From: Candidatus Limnocylindrus sp.
Lineage (GTDB): Bacteria > Chloroflexota > Limnocylindria > Limnocylindrales > Limnocylindraceae
Length of the DNA stretch: 50,969 nt
Direction of reading: 5' to 3'
Assembly: GCA_044343985.1 (NCBI GenBank)
Contig: JBIJDR010000001.1
Span: 1 to 50,969 of the forward strand
The notes under the pieces are model-generated. The model had not been told where the DNA came from and did no database searches. It worked only from the letters and a program-made list of their open reading frames with translations. Made by a program: the position numbers and the translations under genes. This document shows, piece after piece, positions 32,042 to 41,032 of this stretch (the stretch's first letter is position 1; each line of letters opens with the position of its first letter).

Positions 32042-32347
32042 ATGAGCAAACTCACCCGCGCCGAGGTCGAGAAGGTCGCCGCCCTTGCGCGCCTCGGGCT
32101 GACAAGCGGCGAGGTGGAGAAGCTGCAGGGCGACCTCAATCTCATTCTTGAGCAGTGGGCTCGACTCGCTGAGGTGGACACGTCGAGCGTTCCTGCGAGC
32201 GCGCAGACGATCGTCCAGCCGATGCCACTTCGCGACGATACGCCGCGCCCCTCTCTCTCTGCAGATGAGGCACTACAGAACGCACCGTCACGGAGTGGCG
32301 ACTTTGTTCGCGTCCAGGCGATCCTCAGCGAGGAGGCGGACGGATGA
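32042..32347 (+). CDS. gatC: Asp-tRNA(Asn)/Glu-tRNA(Gln) amidotransferase subunit C
   Basis: 101-aa ORF with a canonical GatC N-terminus (LTRAEVEKVAALARLGLT..EVEKLQGDLN.IL). ATGA overlap with gatA. Confidence 0.92.
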   Translation: MSKLTRAEVEKVAALARLGLTSGEVEKLQGDLNLILEQWARLAEVDTSSVPASAQTIVQPMPLRDDTPRPSLSADEALQNAPSRSGDFVRVQAILSEEADG

Positions 32348-33885
32348 GCGCCGACCTTCGTCGCGCCACCGCTACGCAACTCCGCACCGGATATCGCAGC
32401 GGTGAGTTCACGTCAGTTGAGGCGGTAGAGACGCTCCTTGCTGCGATCGCACGTGAAGATGCTGCGCTCGGCGCCTGGTTACATCTTCGCGGTGATGAGG
32501 TGCGGAAAGAGGCTGCGGCCGCGGATGTCACCTACGCTGCGGCGCGCACCTCTGGGGCGGCAGCACTCGATGCGCTCCCACCACTCCTCGGTGTCCCTGT
32601 GGCGCTGAAAGATCTCGTCAACATGATCGGTACGCCAACCACCGCTGGCTCCAAGATCCTTGAGGGCTACATCAGTCCGTATGACGCAACGATCGCCGCC
32701 AAGCTCAAGGCGGCCGGCGCACTGATCCTTGGGAAGACGAATATGGACGAGTTCGCGATGGGCTCCTCCACGGAGTTCAGCGCCTACAGGCGAACGGTGA
32801 ATCCGTGGGATCGCGAACGCGTACCAGGAGGTTCGTCTGGGGGATCAGCATCAGCGGTGGCGGCTCTGCATGCGCCGCTCAGCATCGGCAGTGACACGGG
32901 CGGCTCAATCCGTCAGCCAGCGAGCCTTACTGGCATCACTGGCATGAAGCCAACGTACGGCCGCGTCTCGCGCTACGGCATCGTTGCGTTTGCCTCATCG
33001 CTTGACCAGATCGGGCCGTTCGCTCGTAGCGCGCAGGATGCGGCACTGCTGCTTCACGCCATTGCAGGATCCGATTCGCGCGACGCAACGAGCTCCGCAA
33101 CACCAGTTGATGCCGCTCTGCTCAATCTTCCGCAAGGGGATCAGGCGGCAAGCGCGCTGAAGGGGAAGCGCTTCGCCCTGCCGAAGGAGTACTTCGTGGC
33201 GGGGATGGAACCTGGCGTTGAGGCGGCGGTGCGTGCCGCAGTTGCCGCACTGCAGTCAGCGGGCGCGGTCATCGATGAGGTGAGCCTACCGACCACAGAG
33301 CATGCGCTCGCCACCTACTACATCGTTGCCCCAGCTGAGGCCTCCGCGAACCTGGCGCGCTACGACGGGATTCGCTACGGCGCATCAAAGCACGGTGGTG
33401 GCGATCTCCTCGACGGCTATCTCGCCACGCGCGGTCGTGGCTTCGGTCCTGAAGTGCGCCGACGCATCATGCTCGGTACGTATGCGCTCTCTGCAGGTTT
33501 TTACGACGCCTACTACCTGAAGGCGCAGAAGGTGCGCACCTTGATTGCTCGCGACTTCGATCGCATCTGGGCGGCGGGCTACGACGCGATCGTGGCACCT
33601 GCGAGCCCGTCGGTGGCATGGAAGTTTGGCGCGAAGATGAGCGACCCAGTCGCGATGTATCTGGCTGATGCCTGCACGATCCCGACGAATATGGCGGGCC
33701 TCCCTGGACTCAGCACCCCGTGCGGGCTCTCCGAGGGGCTCCCCGTCGGCTTGCAACTGATCGGCGCACCATGGAGCGAGGTGGGGCTCCTCTCCATCGC
33801 CGCAGGCTATGAGGCGCTCAGCGCCAACGCGCCGTGGCGCGACCAGGATCCCACCGACCTTGCCGCACTCGGAGGCGCCGCATGA
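32344..33885 (+). CDS. gatA: Asp-tRNA(Asn)/Glu-tRNA(Gln) amidotransferase subunit A (amidase)
   Basis: 513-aa ORF with the amidase signature GGSSGGSASAVAA...GSDTGGSIRQPA, plus KDL...T.AGSKIL and TNMDEFAMGSS. Confidence 0.96.
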   Translation: MSADLRRATATQLRTGYRSGEFTSVEAVETLLAAIAREDAALGAWLHLRGDEVRKEAAAADVTYAAARTSGAAALDALPPLLGVPVALKDLVNMIGTPTTAGSKILEGYISPYDATIAAKLKAAGALILGKTNMDEFAMGSSTEFSAYRRTVNPWDRERVPGGSSGGSASAVAALHAPLSIGSDTGGSIRQPASLTGITGMKPTYGRVSRYGIVAFASSLDQIGPFARSAQDAALLLHAIAGSDSRDATSSATPVDAALLNLPQGDQAASALKGKRFALPKEYFVAGMEPGVEAAVRAAVAALQSAGAVIDEVSLPTTEHALATYYIVAPAEASANLARYDGIRYGASKHGGGDLLDGYLATRGRGFGPEVRRRIMLGTYALSAGFYDAYYLKAQKVRTLIARDFDRIWAAGYDAIVAPASPSVAWKFGAKMSDPVAMYLADACTIPTNMAGLPGLSTPCGLSEGLPVGLQLIGAPWSEVGLLSIAAGYEALSANAPWRDQDPTDLAALGGAA

Positions 33886-35066
33886 GCGACTTCGCAAAGC
33901 GCACCCTCGCCGATCGCGTGCACGCGGTGCCACCATCTGGCATCCGTCGATTCTTCGATATCGCCGCGCAGATGAAGGACGTCATTAGCCTCGGCGTTGG
34001 CGAGCCAGACTTTGATACGCCGAGCCACATCACGGAGGCGGCAATCAGCAGCCTCCGCGCCGGTCGCACGCACTACACGTCAAACTACGGAACGCCTGAG
34101 CTGCGCGCCGCGATTTCCGACAAGATCTTTGAGCGATCGGGTGTGCGCTATGACCCGGCGACCGAGATCGTGGTCACGATCGGCGCGTCCGAGGCGGTTG
34201 ACCTCGCAATTCGCGGCACGATCAATCCTGGAGAGATCCTCATCCTTCCGGAGCCTTCGTACGTTGCCTATCTCCCCGCCGTGATCTTCGCCGGTGGCGA
34301 GGTGAGTTCAATCCCAACGAGCGCGAGCGATGGTTGGCGCCTGGACACGACCGCTGTTGCTGCGGCGGCGCCAGGGGCGAAGGCGCTCTTCCTCGGCTAT
34401 CCGGCGAATCCCACCGGCGCAACGCTTGACGAGACAACGCGCGCCGAACTCGCGCGCATTGCAGTGGAGCAGGACCTACTCGTGATCAGTGACGAGATCT
34501 ACGACCGTCTCGTCTATGAGGGACCAGCGCACCGCGCGATCTCTGCTTATCCGGGAATGAAGGAGCGCACGATTCTGATCGGCGGCTTCTCAAAGTCCTA
34601 CGCGATGACTGGGTGGCGTGTGGGCTTCCTCTGCGCGCCGGCGGAGATCGTTGCCGGTCTCGTGAAGATTCACCAGTACGCAATCATGAGCGCACCGACG
34701 CCGTCACAGGACGCTGCGCTTGAAGCACTTCGCAACGGTGAGCCTGCGCTCGAAGAGATGCGTGCCGCATATGCACGCCGACGCAGCATCGTCCTGGATG
34801 GACTCGCCGCACTGAAGCTGCCGACTGGCGCACCGAAGGGTGCCTTCTACGCCTTCCCAGATATCTCGTCGCTCGGCATCAGTGATGAGGAGTTCGCCGA
34901 GCGCCTACTCCAAGAGGAGCAAGTTGCGGTGATTCCCGGTTCAGCATTTGGCGCAAGTGGTCGTGGCCATGTGCGCATCTGCTACGCCGTTTCAGAGGAG
35001 AAGTTGCGCGAGGCGCTCGTTCGCATTGGACGCTTTGTCGCCTCGTTGAAGGAGGCTGCCGTATGA
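33882..35066 (+). CDS. class I/II pyridoxal-phosphate-dependent aminotransferase (aspartate/aromatic aminotransferase-like)
   Basis: The tracked ORF starts at 33834 inside gatA. The ATG at 33882 overlaps the gatA stop (ATGA) and gives MSDFAKR.... Motifs present: SGIRRFFD, LGVGEPDFDTP, YT.NYG.PELR, PANPTG, SDEIYDRLVY and the PLP-lysine motif GFSKSYAMTGWRVGF. Its stop overlaps the gatB ATG (ATGA). Confidence 0.92.
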   Translation: MSDFAKRTLADRVHAVPPSGIRRFFDIAAQMKDVISLGVGEPDFDTPSHITEAAISSLRAGRTHYTSNYGTPELRAAISDKIFERSGVRYDPATEIVVTIGASEAVDLAIRGTINPGEILILPEPSYVAYLPAVIFAGGEVSSIPTSASDGWRLDTTAVAAAAPGAKALFLGYPANPTGATLDETTRAELARIAVEQDLLVISDEIYDRLVYEGPAHRAISAYPGMKERTILIGGFSKSYAMTGWRVGFLCAPAEIVAGLVKIHQYAIMSAPTPSQDAALEALRNGEPALEEMRAAYARRRSIVLDGLAALKLPTGAPKGAFYAFPDISSLGISDEEFAERLLQEEQVAVIPGSAFGASGRGHVRICYAVSEEKLREALVRIGRFVASLKEAAV

Positions 35067-36496
35067 GTTGGGAGGCGGTCATCGGCATTGAGATCCATGT
35101 GCAGTTACGCACCGCAACCAAGATGTTCTGCCCCTGCGCGATCCCTGCAGAGGGTGACGCGCCAAATACGCGCACCTGCCCAACCTGCCTCGGCCTCCCA
35201 GGCGCCCTGCCTGTGCCGAACCGTATCGCCATTGAGAAGGTGCTCGCTGTGGGCGTCGCGATCGGCGCCAAGAGTCCCGCAACGACACGCTGGGATCGGA
35301 AGAACTACTTCTACCCAGACCTGCCGAAGGGCTATCAGATCAGCCAGCTCGACCTGCCGCTTGCGGAGCACGGCAGCATCCCTGTCACCACGAGTGCTGG
35401 CGCTGGCTCCGTGCGGATCCGACGCGCACACCTAGAGGAGGACACAGCGCGCCTGCGCCATGAGAAGGGGGCCGACGGCACGCGGGCGAGCCTCATCGAT
35501 TACAACCGCTCTGGCGTCGCCCTCCTTGAGATCGTCACAGAACCAGACATTCGGGATGGCGAGACGGCGCGCCGCTATGCAGAGGAGCTCCGTCTCCTCC
35601 TGCGCACGATCGGCGCGGCGGACGCTGAGATGGAGAACGGCCAGATGCGCGTGGAGGCGAACATCTCACTTCGGCCATCAAGCGACGCACCGTTCGGGCT
35701 CCGGGTTGAGGTGAAGAACATGAACTCGTTCCGCTCCGTTGAGCGAGCGATCGCCTATGAGATGACGCGCCAGGCCGAAGTGCTAGATGCGGGGGGAACG
35801 ATCACGCAAGAGACGCGTGGATGGGACGAGGGGAGTGAGACCACCTACACGATGCGCATCAAGGAGGATTCGCACGACTACCGCTACTTCCCTGAGCCGG
35901 ACCTCCCGCCACTCGACATTGACCCCGCCTGGCTCGCCGCGATCGTTGCCGGGCTCCCTGAGCTCCCAGGAACGCGCCGCGCGCGTTATGTCAGCGAGCT
36001 CGGGCTCACCGAATATGACGCGAGCGTCTTGGTTGCCGAGCCACGCGCCGCCGCCCTCTTTGAGGCGGCACGCGCTGCACAGCAGGGGCTCGACGCGAAG
36101 CTGCTTGCGAACTGGGTGAGCGGCGAATACCTGCGCGTGGCGAAAGAGGGAGCTGCCGATCCTGATCCAGTCCAGTTTGCTGTGCTTGTCGCTGCCGTTG
36201 CGAACAAGGAGATCAACGGCACTACCGCGAAGACACTCTTCGCTGAGATGATCACGACGCCGCTCAACATTCGCGAGGTGATCGCCTCACGTGGCCTTGG
36301 CCAGATCAGTGATACGGGTGCACTGGAGAGCATCATCGCTGACGTCATCGCAGCGAATCCACAAGCGATCGCCGACTGGAAGGCGGGGAAGCAGCAGGCG
36401 GTGAGCTTCCTCGTTGGTCAGGCGATGAAGGCGAGCAAGGGGCGTGGCGACGCGGCGCTCCTTGGCGAACTCATTCGCGCGGCACTCGATCGCTGA
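35063..36496 (+). CDS. gatB: Asp-tRNA(Asn)/Glu-tRNA(Gln) amidotransferase subunit B
   Basis: 477-aa ORF with WEAVIGIEIHVQL.T.TKMFC, CPTCLGLPGALPV, NYFYPDLPKGYQISQ, HLEEDTA and DYRYFPEPDLPPL. It has a C-terminal YqeY-like tail. Confidence 0.96.
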   Translation: MSWEAVIGIEIHVQLRTATKMFCPCAIPAEGDAPNTRTCPTCLGLPGALPVPNRIAIEKVLAVGVAIGAKSPATTRWDRKNYFYPDLPKGYQISQLDLPLAEHGSIPVTTSAGAGSVRIRRAHLEEDTARLRHEKGADGTRASLIDYNRSGVALLEIVTEPDIRDGETARRYAEELRLLLRTIGAADAEMENGQMRVEANISLRPSSDAPFGLRVEVKNMNSFRSVERAIAYEMTRQAEVLDAGGTITQETRGWDEGSETTYTMRIKEDSHDYRYFPEPDLPPLDIDPAWLAAIVAGLPELPGTRRARYVSELGLTEYDASVLVAEPRAAALFEAARAAQQGLDAKLLANWVSGEYLRVAKEGAADPDPVQFAVLVAAVANKEINGTTAKTLFAEMITTPLNIREVIASRGLGQISDTGALESIIADVIAANPQAIADWKAGKQQAVSFLVGQAMKASKGRGDAALLGELIRAALDR

Positions 36497-36497
36497 T

Positions 36498-36779
36498 ATG
36501 CTCGATATCGTTCGCCTTGTCACCGGAGGCTTTGGGGTGGCTGGCCTCCTCTATCTCGCGCGTCAACTTCCGCCGCTGCTCACGCAGTACCAACTCCATC
36601 AGACGCGTGTTGGCGGAGCAAAGCGCTACAGCGAGTGGCGCGGTGCGCCTGGTGCCGGACCTGACGTTCTCGATCGCCTTGAGGGGCAGCTGATCGTTTC
36701 ACGGCTGAAGCGCCTCGCCGGTGTCGGCGTCGCCTCCATCGTTGGGATTGCGCTCGCCCTCTTCCCGCCGCTCCGCTAG
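36498..36779 (+). CDS. hypothetical small membrane protein (two predicted TM segments)
   Basis: The tracked ORF starts at 36444 inside gatB. The ATG at 36498 lies 1 nt after the gatB stop. The 93-aa product has hydrophobic N- and C-terminal segments (LVTGGFGVAGLLYLA; LAGVGVASIVGIALALF). I recognise no family. Confidence 0.5.
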   Translation: MLDIVRLVTGGFGVAGLLYLARQLPPLLTQYQLHQTRVGGAKRYSEWRGAPGAGPDVLDRLEGQLIVSRLKRLAGVGVASIVGIALALFPPLR

Positions 36780-36786
36780 CTGCTCG

Positions 36787-37305
36787 CTAAACGCTCGGAC
36801 CAGCAATCCTTAAGCGCTGCACCTCGATCGCGGTGCAACGGTCTTGGACGAACGGGATGCCCGCCTCTGCGGCGAGCGCTGCAGCCTCCGGACTGATGAT
36901 GCCGAGTTGCAACCAGATCGCCCCCGCGCCAGCTGCGATCGCCTCCCGCGTCACGTCGGCGCAATCTTCTGAACGCCGAAAGACATCAACGAGATCAATG
37001 CGTTGGCCCTCCGGAAGTGACGCGGCTGCGCTGGCAAGGTTCGGATAGCAGGGGAGTCCAGCAACTCCGTCGGCCAGCGCCTGTGAGGCGGGGTTCACTG
37101 GGAGGATGCGCCAGCCAGCAGCTTGAAGGGCGAGCAGGACGCCGTGCGAGGGGCGGTCAGGTTTCGGTGAAGCGCCAACAACGGCGATGGTGCGACTCCC
37201 AGCGAGGAGGGTGCGGAGCTGCTCGTCTGAGGCGGGGGGCACGCCGCCGCCCCCCTCTGCGGCGTCGATCGCCGCCCTGATCCTCGCTCGTTCGCGCTCA
37301 TCCAT
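36787..37305 (-). CDS. CoA-binding domain protein (YccU/YneT-like)
   Basis: 172-aa ORF with the CoA_binding_2-type pattern: TIAVVGASPKPDRPSHGVLLAL...G..ILPVNP...G.PCYP.L......IDLVDVFR......EA...GAGAIWLQLG...EAA..A...G...VQDRC. Confidence 0.85.
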   Translation of the reverse strand: MDERERARIRAAIDAAEGGGGVPPASDEQLRTLLAGSRTIAVVGASPKPDRPSHGVLLALQAAGWRILPVNPASQALADGVAGLPCYPNLASAAASLPEGQRIDLVDVFRRSEDCADVTREAIAAGAGAIWLQLGIISPEAAALAAEAGIPFVQDRCTAIEVQRLRIAGPSV

Positions 37306-37311
37306 CGGCTA

Positions 37312-37317
37312 ATCCTA
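37312..37317 (-). promoter_or_regulatory. candidate -10 box (TAGGAT on the minus strand) exactly 6 nt upstream of the CoA-binding protein ATG
   Basis: The minus strand reads TAGGAT-TAGCCG-ATG, with the start codon at 37305-37303. No Shine-Dalgarno. Confidence 0.5.
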
Positions 37318-37326
37318 CGCGCTCGG

Positions 37327-37332
37327 TAGACT
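37327..37332 (+). promoter_or_regulatory. candidate -10 box (TAGACT) exactly 6 nt upstream of the dnaE GTG
   Basis: The arrangement is TAGACT-CCCCCC-GTG. The GTG at 37339 opens directly onto the conserved DnaE PHP N-terminus (F.HLHVHTEFSLLDG), so there is little room for an alternative start. No Shine-Dalgarno. Confidence 0.5.
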
Positions 37333-37338
37333 CCCCCC

Positions 37339-40300
37339 GTGAGCAAGAAGCCCGACTTCACCCATCTCCACGTCCACACCGAGTTCAGCCTGCTCGACGG
37401 CATGAGCAAGATCGATGCGCTCATGGACGAGACGAAGGCGCTCGGCATGGACTCCATCGCCATAACTGACCACGGCGCCCTCTACGGGACAGTGCAGTTT
37501 GTCCAGGCGGCGACGAAGCGTGGGATCAAGCCGATCATCGGCGTGGAGACCTACGTTGCGCGTCGCGGCATGGGCGACAAGGAGGGGAAGGCAGACCAGC
37601 AGCCCTTCCACCTCGTCTTACTCGCCACCAACGCAGTCGGTTATCGCAACCTCTGTCGTCTCGTCACCGACGCGCACCTTGATGGCATGTACTACAAGCC
37701 GCGCATCGATCTTGATCACCTCGCGAAGTATTCCGAAGGGCTGATCGGACTCTCCGGCTGCCTGAACGGTGAGATCGCGCGTGCCCTTGAGGTTGATGAC
37801 TGGGAGCATGCGCGTGCGCTTGCGGGGCGTTACGGCGACATCTTCGGCAAGGATCGCTTCTACCTTGAGGTGCAGGATCACGGCCTCCCAGAGCAGAAGC
37901 GACTGAACGAGCAGCTCTTCAAGCTCGCACCTGAGGTTGGACTCCCACTCGTCCTGACGAACGATCTTCACTACGTCCGCGCGCAACAGCGAGAGGCGCA
38001 TGACGTCCTTCTCTGTATCGGCACCGCAAGCAACCTTGAGACTCCTGGCCGCATGCGCTTTAACAGCGGCGAGTTCTACCTGAAGTCCCCAGCGCAGATG
38101 GCGGCGCTCTTCCCAGATCGTCCGGACCTGCTGCTTAATACACGCGCCATCAGTGAAGCGGTCGACTTCAATCTGACGCTCGGACAGCCGCGCATGCCGG
38201 ACGTGGAGGTGCCGAAGGGCGAAACAGTTGAGAGTTGGTTGCGGAAGGAGGCCGAGCTCGGGCTGCTTCGCCGCTACGGGACTCCGTCTGCCGCGGCACG
38301 TGAACGGCTTGAGTACGAGCTCGGCGTGATCTTGAAGATGGGCTACGGCGCTTACTTCCTGATCGTTGCCGACTTCGTTCGATTCGCACGCGAGCAGGGG
38401 ATTGCCACCACCTGCCGAGGGAGCGCGCCAGGTTCAATCGTGACCTACGCGCTCGGCATCACGCCAGTAGATCCGTTGCATTACGACCTTCCGTTTGAGC
38501 GCTTCCTGAATGAGGACCGCGTGACGATGCCAGATATTGATATTGACTTTGAGGATGGTCGCCGCGAAGAGGTGATCCGCTACGTTGCGCAGAAGTACGG
38601 CGAGAGCCAGGTCGCGCAGATCATCACCTTCGGCACAATGGCGGCACGCGCCGCGATCCGTGATGTCGGTCGCGTCCTAGGGAAGAGTTATGGCGATGTT
38701 GACCGCCTGGCGAAGGCGGTCCCAGACAAACTCGGCACAACGCTCAGCCAGGCGCGCAAGGACTCCGACTTCAAGGCGCTCGCGGAAAGCTCGGACTATG
38801 CGCCGCTCGTCAACCTTGCAGAGCAGCTCGAAGGTGTGGTGCGCAACGCCTCCACCCACGCGGCTGGCGTAGTGATCAGTCGCGAGCCGCTCACCGAGAT
38901 CATGGCGCTGCAGCGCGCAACGAACTCGGAAGGGGTGATGACCCAGATTGAGATGCATGGCGTTGAGGCGCTCGGGCTCCTCAAGTTCGACTTCCTTGGT
39001 CTGGCAAACCTGACGATCTTGCGCACGGCGGTGGATCGGATCAAGGCGACCTACGGTGTTGCGATTGACCTCGACACGATCCCGCTCGACGATGCGAAGA
39101 CGTTCGCCCTCCTCGCGTCGGGCGAGACGAGCGGCATCTTTCAGCTCGAGTCGGCTGGGATGCGCCGCTACATCAAAGAGCTCCGCCCAACGAGCGTCTT
39201 CGATCTCGCCGCGATGGTGGCGCTCTACCGACCGGGGCCAATGGCGAACATCCCCTCGTACATTCGGCGCAAACACGGAACGGAGCCTGTCACCTATCTC
39301 CATCCACTCCTTGAGCCGTTCTTGAAGCGCACCTACGGCGTCTTCGTCTATCAGGAGGACATCATGGCGGCGGCATCGGCGCTCGGCGGCTTCTCTGGTC
39401 CGAAGGCCGACACGCTCGGTTACGCGGTGCGAAAGAAGAAGGAGGACGTGCTGGCGGGGTTGAAGCAGGAGTTCATCACGAGCGCCGCTGAGCGTGGCGT
39501 AGCACGAAGCGTGATCGAGCAGGTCTTCCAGGCGTTCGAGCCGTTTGCCAACTACGGCTTTAACAAGGCGCACGCCACCTGCTACGGAATGATCGCCTAC
39601 CAGACCGCCTACCTGAAGGCGAACTACACCGTGGAGTACATGACGAGCGTCCTCAACGCCTTCCGCAATAAGGAGGACAAGGTGGCGAGCGCGATCGCCG
39701 AATGCCGCCGTCTCGGGATTGAGATCTTGCCACCCGACGTTGAGCGCTCGCAGCTCGACTTTGAGCCAGAAGGGGGCGCGATCCGCTTCGGTCTCCTCGC
39801 GATCAAGAATGTTGGTGCTGGTGCGGTGGAGTCAATCGTCAACGCGCGCACAGCGGGCGGTGACTTTAGTAGCCTCCAAGATCTCTGTGAGCGCATCGAT
39901 TTGCGACTCGCCAACAAGCGCGTCTTTGAGGCGCTCGCAAAGGTTGGTGCACTGCAGAAGTTTGGCCACCCAGCACAGCTCCTCCTTGCGCTGGATGATG
40001 CCCTCTCCGCCGGAACAAGCGTGCAACGTGAACGTGCCGCGGGCCAGGTGTCGTTGTTTGACTCTTCCCCAGGACTCGCATCAACCGTTGCGGTGAAGCT
40101 GCCGAGCGCCGCTGAGGCGCCAACGCGTGAGCGACTCCGCTGGGAGCGAGAGCTACTCGGCGTCTACCTCTCAGATCATCCGATGAATGCGCTGGCACCA
40201 GTCCTTGCGCCATACGTCAGTGGGTTCGTTGGTGACTTTGGCGAAGATGTGCCGAGCGAAGAGCGCGTCGTACTTGGCGCGATCGTCACGAACGTTCGGA

Positions 40301-40986
40301 CGCTCGTCACTAAGGCGGGGGCGGCGATGGGGATTCTCACCGTTGAGGATCTAACAGGGAGCATTGAGGTGGTCGCCTTCCCGAAGACGTGGGAGGCGAC
40401 GCGCTCCGCCTGGGTTGAAGGGGAGGCGCTCCTCGTTGCAGGTCGTGCAGAGTTGCGTGGCGAGACCTGGTCGATCATCTGCGAGGCGGTCCTCCCGTGG
40501 GAGGAGGCGCAGCAGCTGACGCCAGAGGGGATTGCGGCACACCTTGCAACGAGCAGCAGTGGCCCGCGACGCTACCCACCACGTAGTACCGCACCAGCTG
40601 GTGCACTGCCACGCGGCCTCGTTCCAGAGGAGCGCGAAGGAGAGGTTGCTCCACCACTCGCCGTTGTCCCGCAAGCAGAGGCTTCGGCTGATCCTGTCGA
40701 AGCGCCGCCTGGTGCTGCGCTGCACATCCGATTCACCGCTGGCCAATCGGTAGAGGAGACGATCCGTGCCATGGAGGTGGTCAAGTCAGAACTCCGCGCA
40801 CGACCTGGTGGGACGAAGGTGGTCGTCTACATCCCGCAGGCGGGAGGGGCGCAGCAGTTGCCGATGGAGATCCGCACAGGTGTCGCGTGGGATCCAAGTT
40901 TCCCCGCCGCAATTCGTGGACGTGTCGGCGCCGCAGCGGTTCGCTTCGACCTACTGACTGAAGGCGAGGCACTTCCAGCCGCATAG
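37339..40986 (+). CDS. dnaE: DNA polymerase III alpha subunit DnaE
   Basis: 1215-aa ORF. It has an N-terminal PHP domain (HLHVHTEFSLLDG, ITDHGALYG) and the palm motif MPDIDIDFE. FQLES, HAAGVVIS, an OB-fold region and a C-terminal domain are also present. Confidence 0.97.
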   Translation: MSKKPDFTHLHVHTEFSLLDGMSKIDALMDETKALGMDSIAITDHGALYGTVQFVQAATKRGIKPIIGVETYVARRGMGDKEGKADQQPFHLVLLATNAVGYRNLCRLVTDAHLDGMYYKPRIDLDHLAKYSEGLIGLSGCLNGEIARALEVDDWEHARALAGRYGDIFGKDRFYLEVQDHGLPEQKRLNEQLFKLAPEVGLPLVLTNDLHYVRAQQREAHDVLLCIGTASNLETPGRMRFNSGEFYLKSPAQMAALFPDRPDLLLNTRAISEAVDFNLTLGQPRMPDVEVPKGETVESWLRKEAELGLLRRYGTPSAAARERLEYELGVILKMGYGAYFLIVADFVRFAREQGIATTCRGSAPGSIVTYALGITPVDPLHYDLPFERFLNEDRVTMPDIDIDFEDGRREEVIRYVAQKYGESQVAQIITFGTMAARAAIRDVGRVLGKSYGDVDRLAKAVPDKLGTTLSQARKDSDFKALAESSDYAPLVNLAEQLEGVVRNASTHAAGVVISREPLTEIMALQRATNSEGVMTQIEMHGVEALGLLKFDFLGLANLTILRTAVDRIKATYGVAIDLDTIPLDDAKTFALLASGETSGIFQLESAGMRRYIKELRPTSVFDLAAMVALYRPGPMANIPSYIRRKHGTEPVTYLHPLLEPFLKRTYGVFVYQEDIMAAASALGGFSGPKADTLGYAVRKKKEDVLAGLKQEFITSAAERGVARSVIEQVFQAFEPFANYGFNKAHATCYGMIAYQTAYLKANYTVEYMTSVLNAFRNKEDKVASAIAECRRLGIEILPPDVERSQLDFEPEGGAIRFGLLAIKNVGAGAVESIVNARTAGGDFSSLQDLCERIDLRLANKRVFEALAKVGALQKFGHPAQLLLALDDALSAGTSVQRERAAGQVSLFDSSPGLASTVAVKLPSAAEAPTRERLRWERELLGVYLSDHPMNALAPVLAPYVSGFVGDFGEDVPSEERVVLGAIVTNVRTLVTKAGAAMGILTVEDLTGSIEVVAFPKTWEATRSAWVEGEALLVAGRAELRGETWSIICEAVLPWEEAQQLTPEGIAAHLATSSSGPRRYPPRSTAPAGALPRGLVPEEREGEVAPPLAVVPQAEASADPVEAPPGAALHIRFTAGQSVEETIRAMEVVKSELRARPGGTKVVVYIPQAGGAQQLPMEIRTGVAWDPSFPAAIRGRVGAAAVRFDLLTEGEALPAA

Positions 40987-41032
40987 GGGAGCGCATAGGG
41001 CAGACTTTTCAGAAACGCGGCAGAATACCCCT

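Noticed and set aside
40981-41000. Direct repeat GCATAGGG x2 (12-bp period) spanning the dnaE stop codon.
   Set aside because: It is only 8 nt long with two copies and no dyad symmetry or recognisable motif. This is plausibly chance, and I could not tie it to any neighbouring feature.
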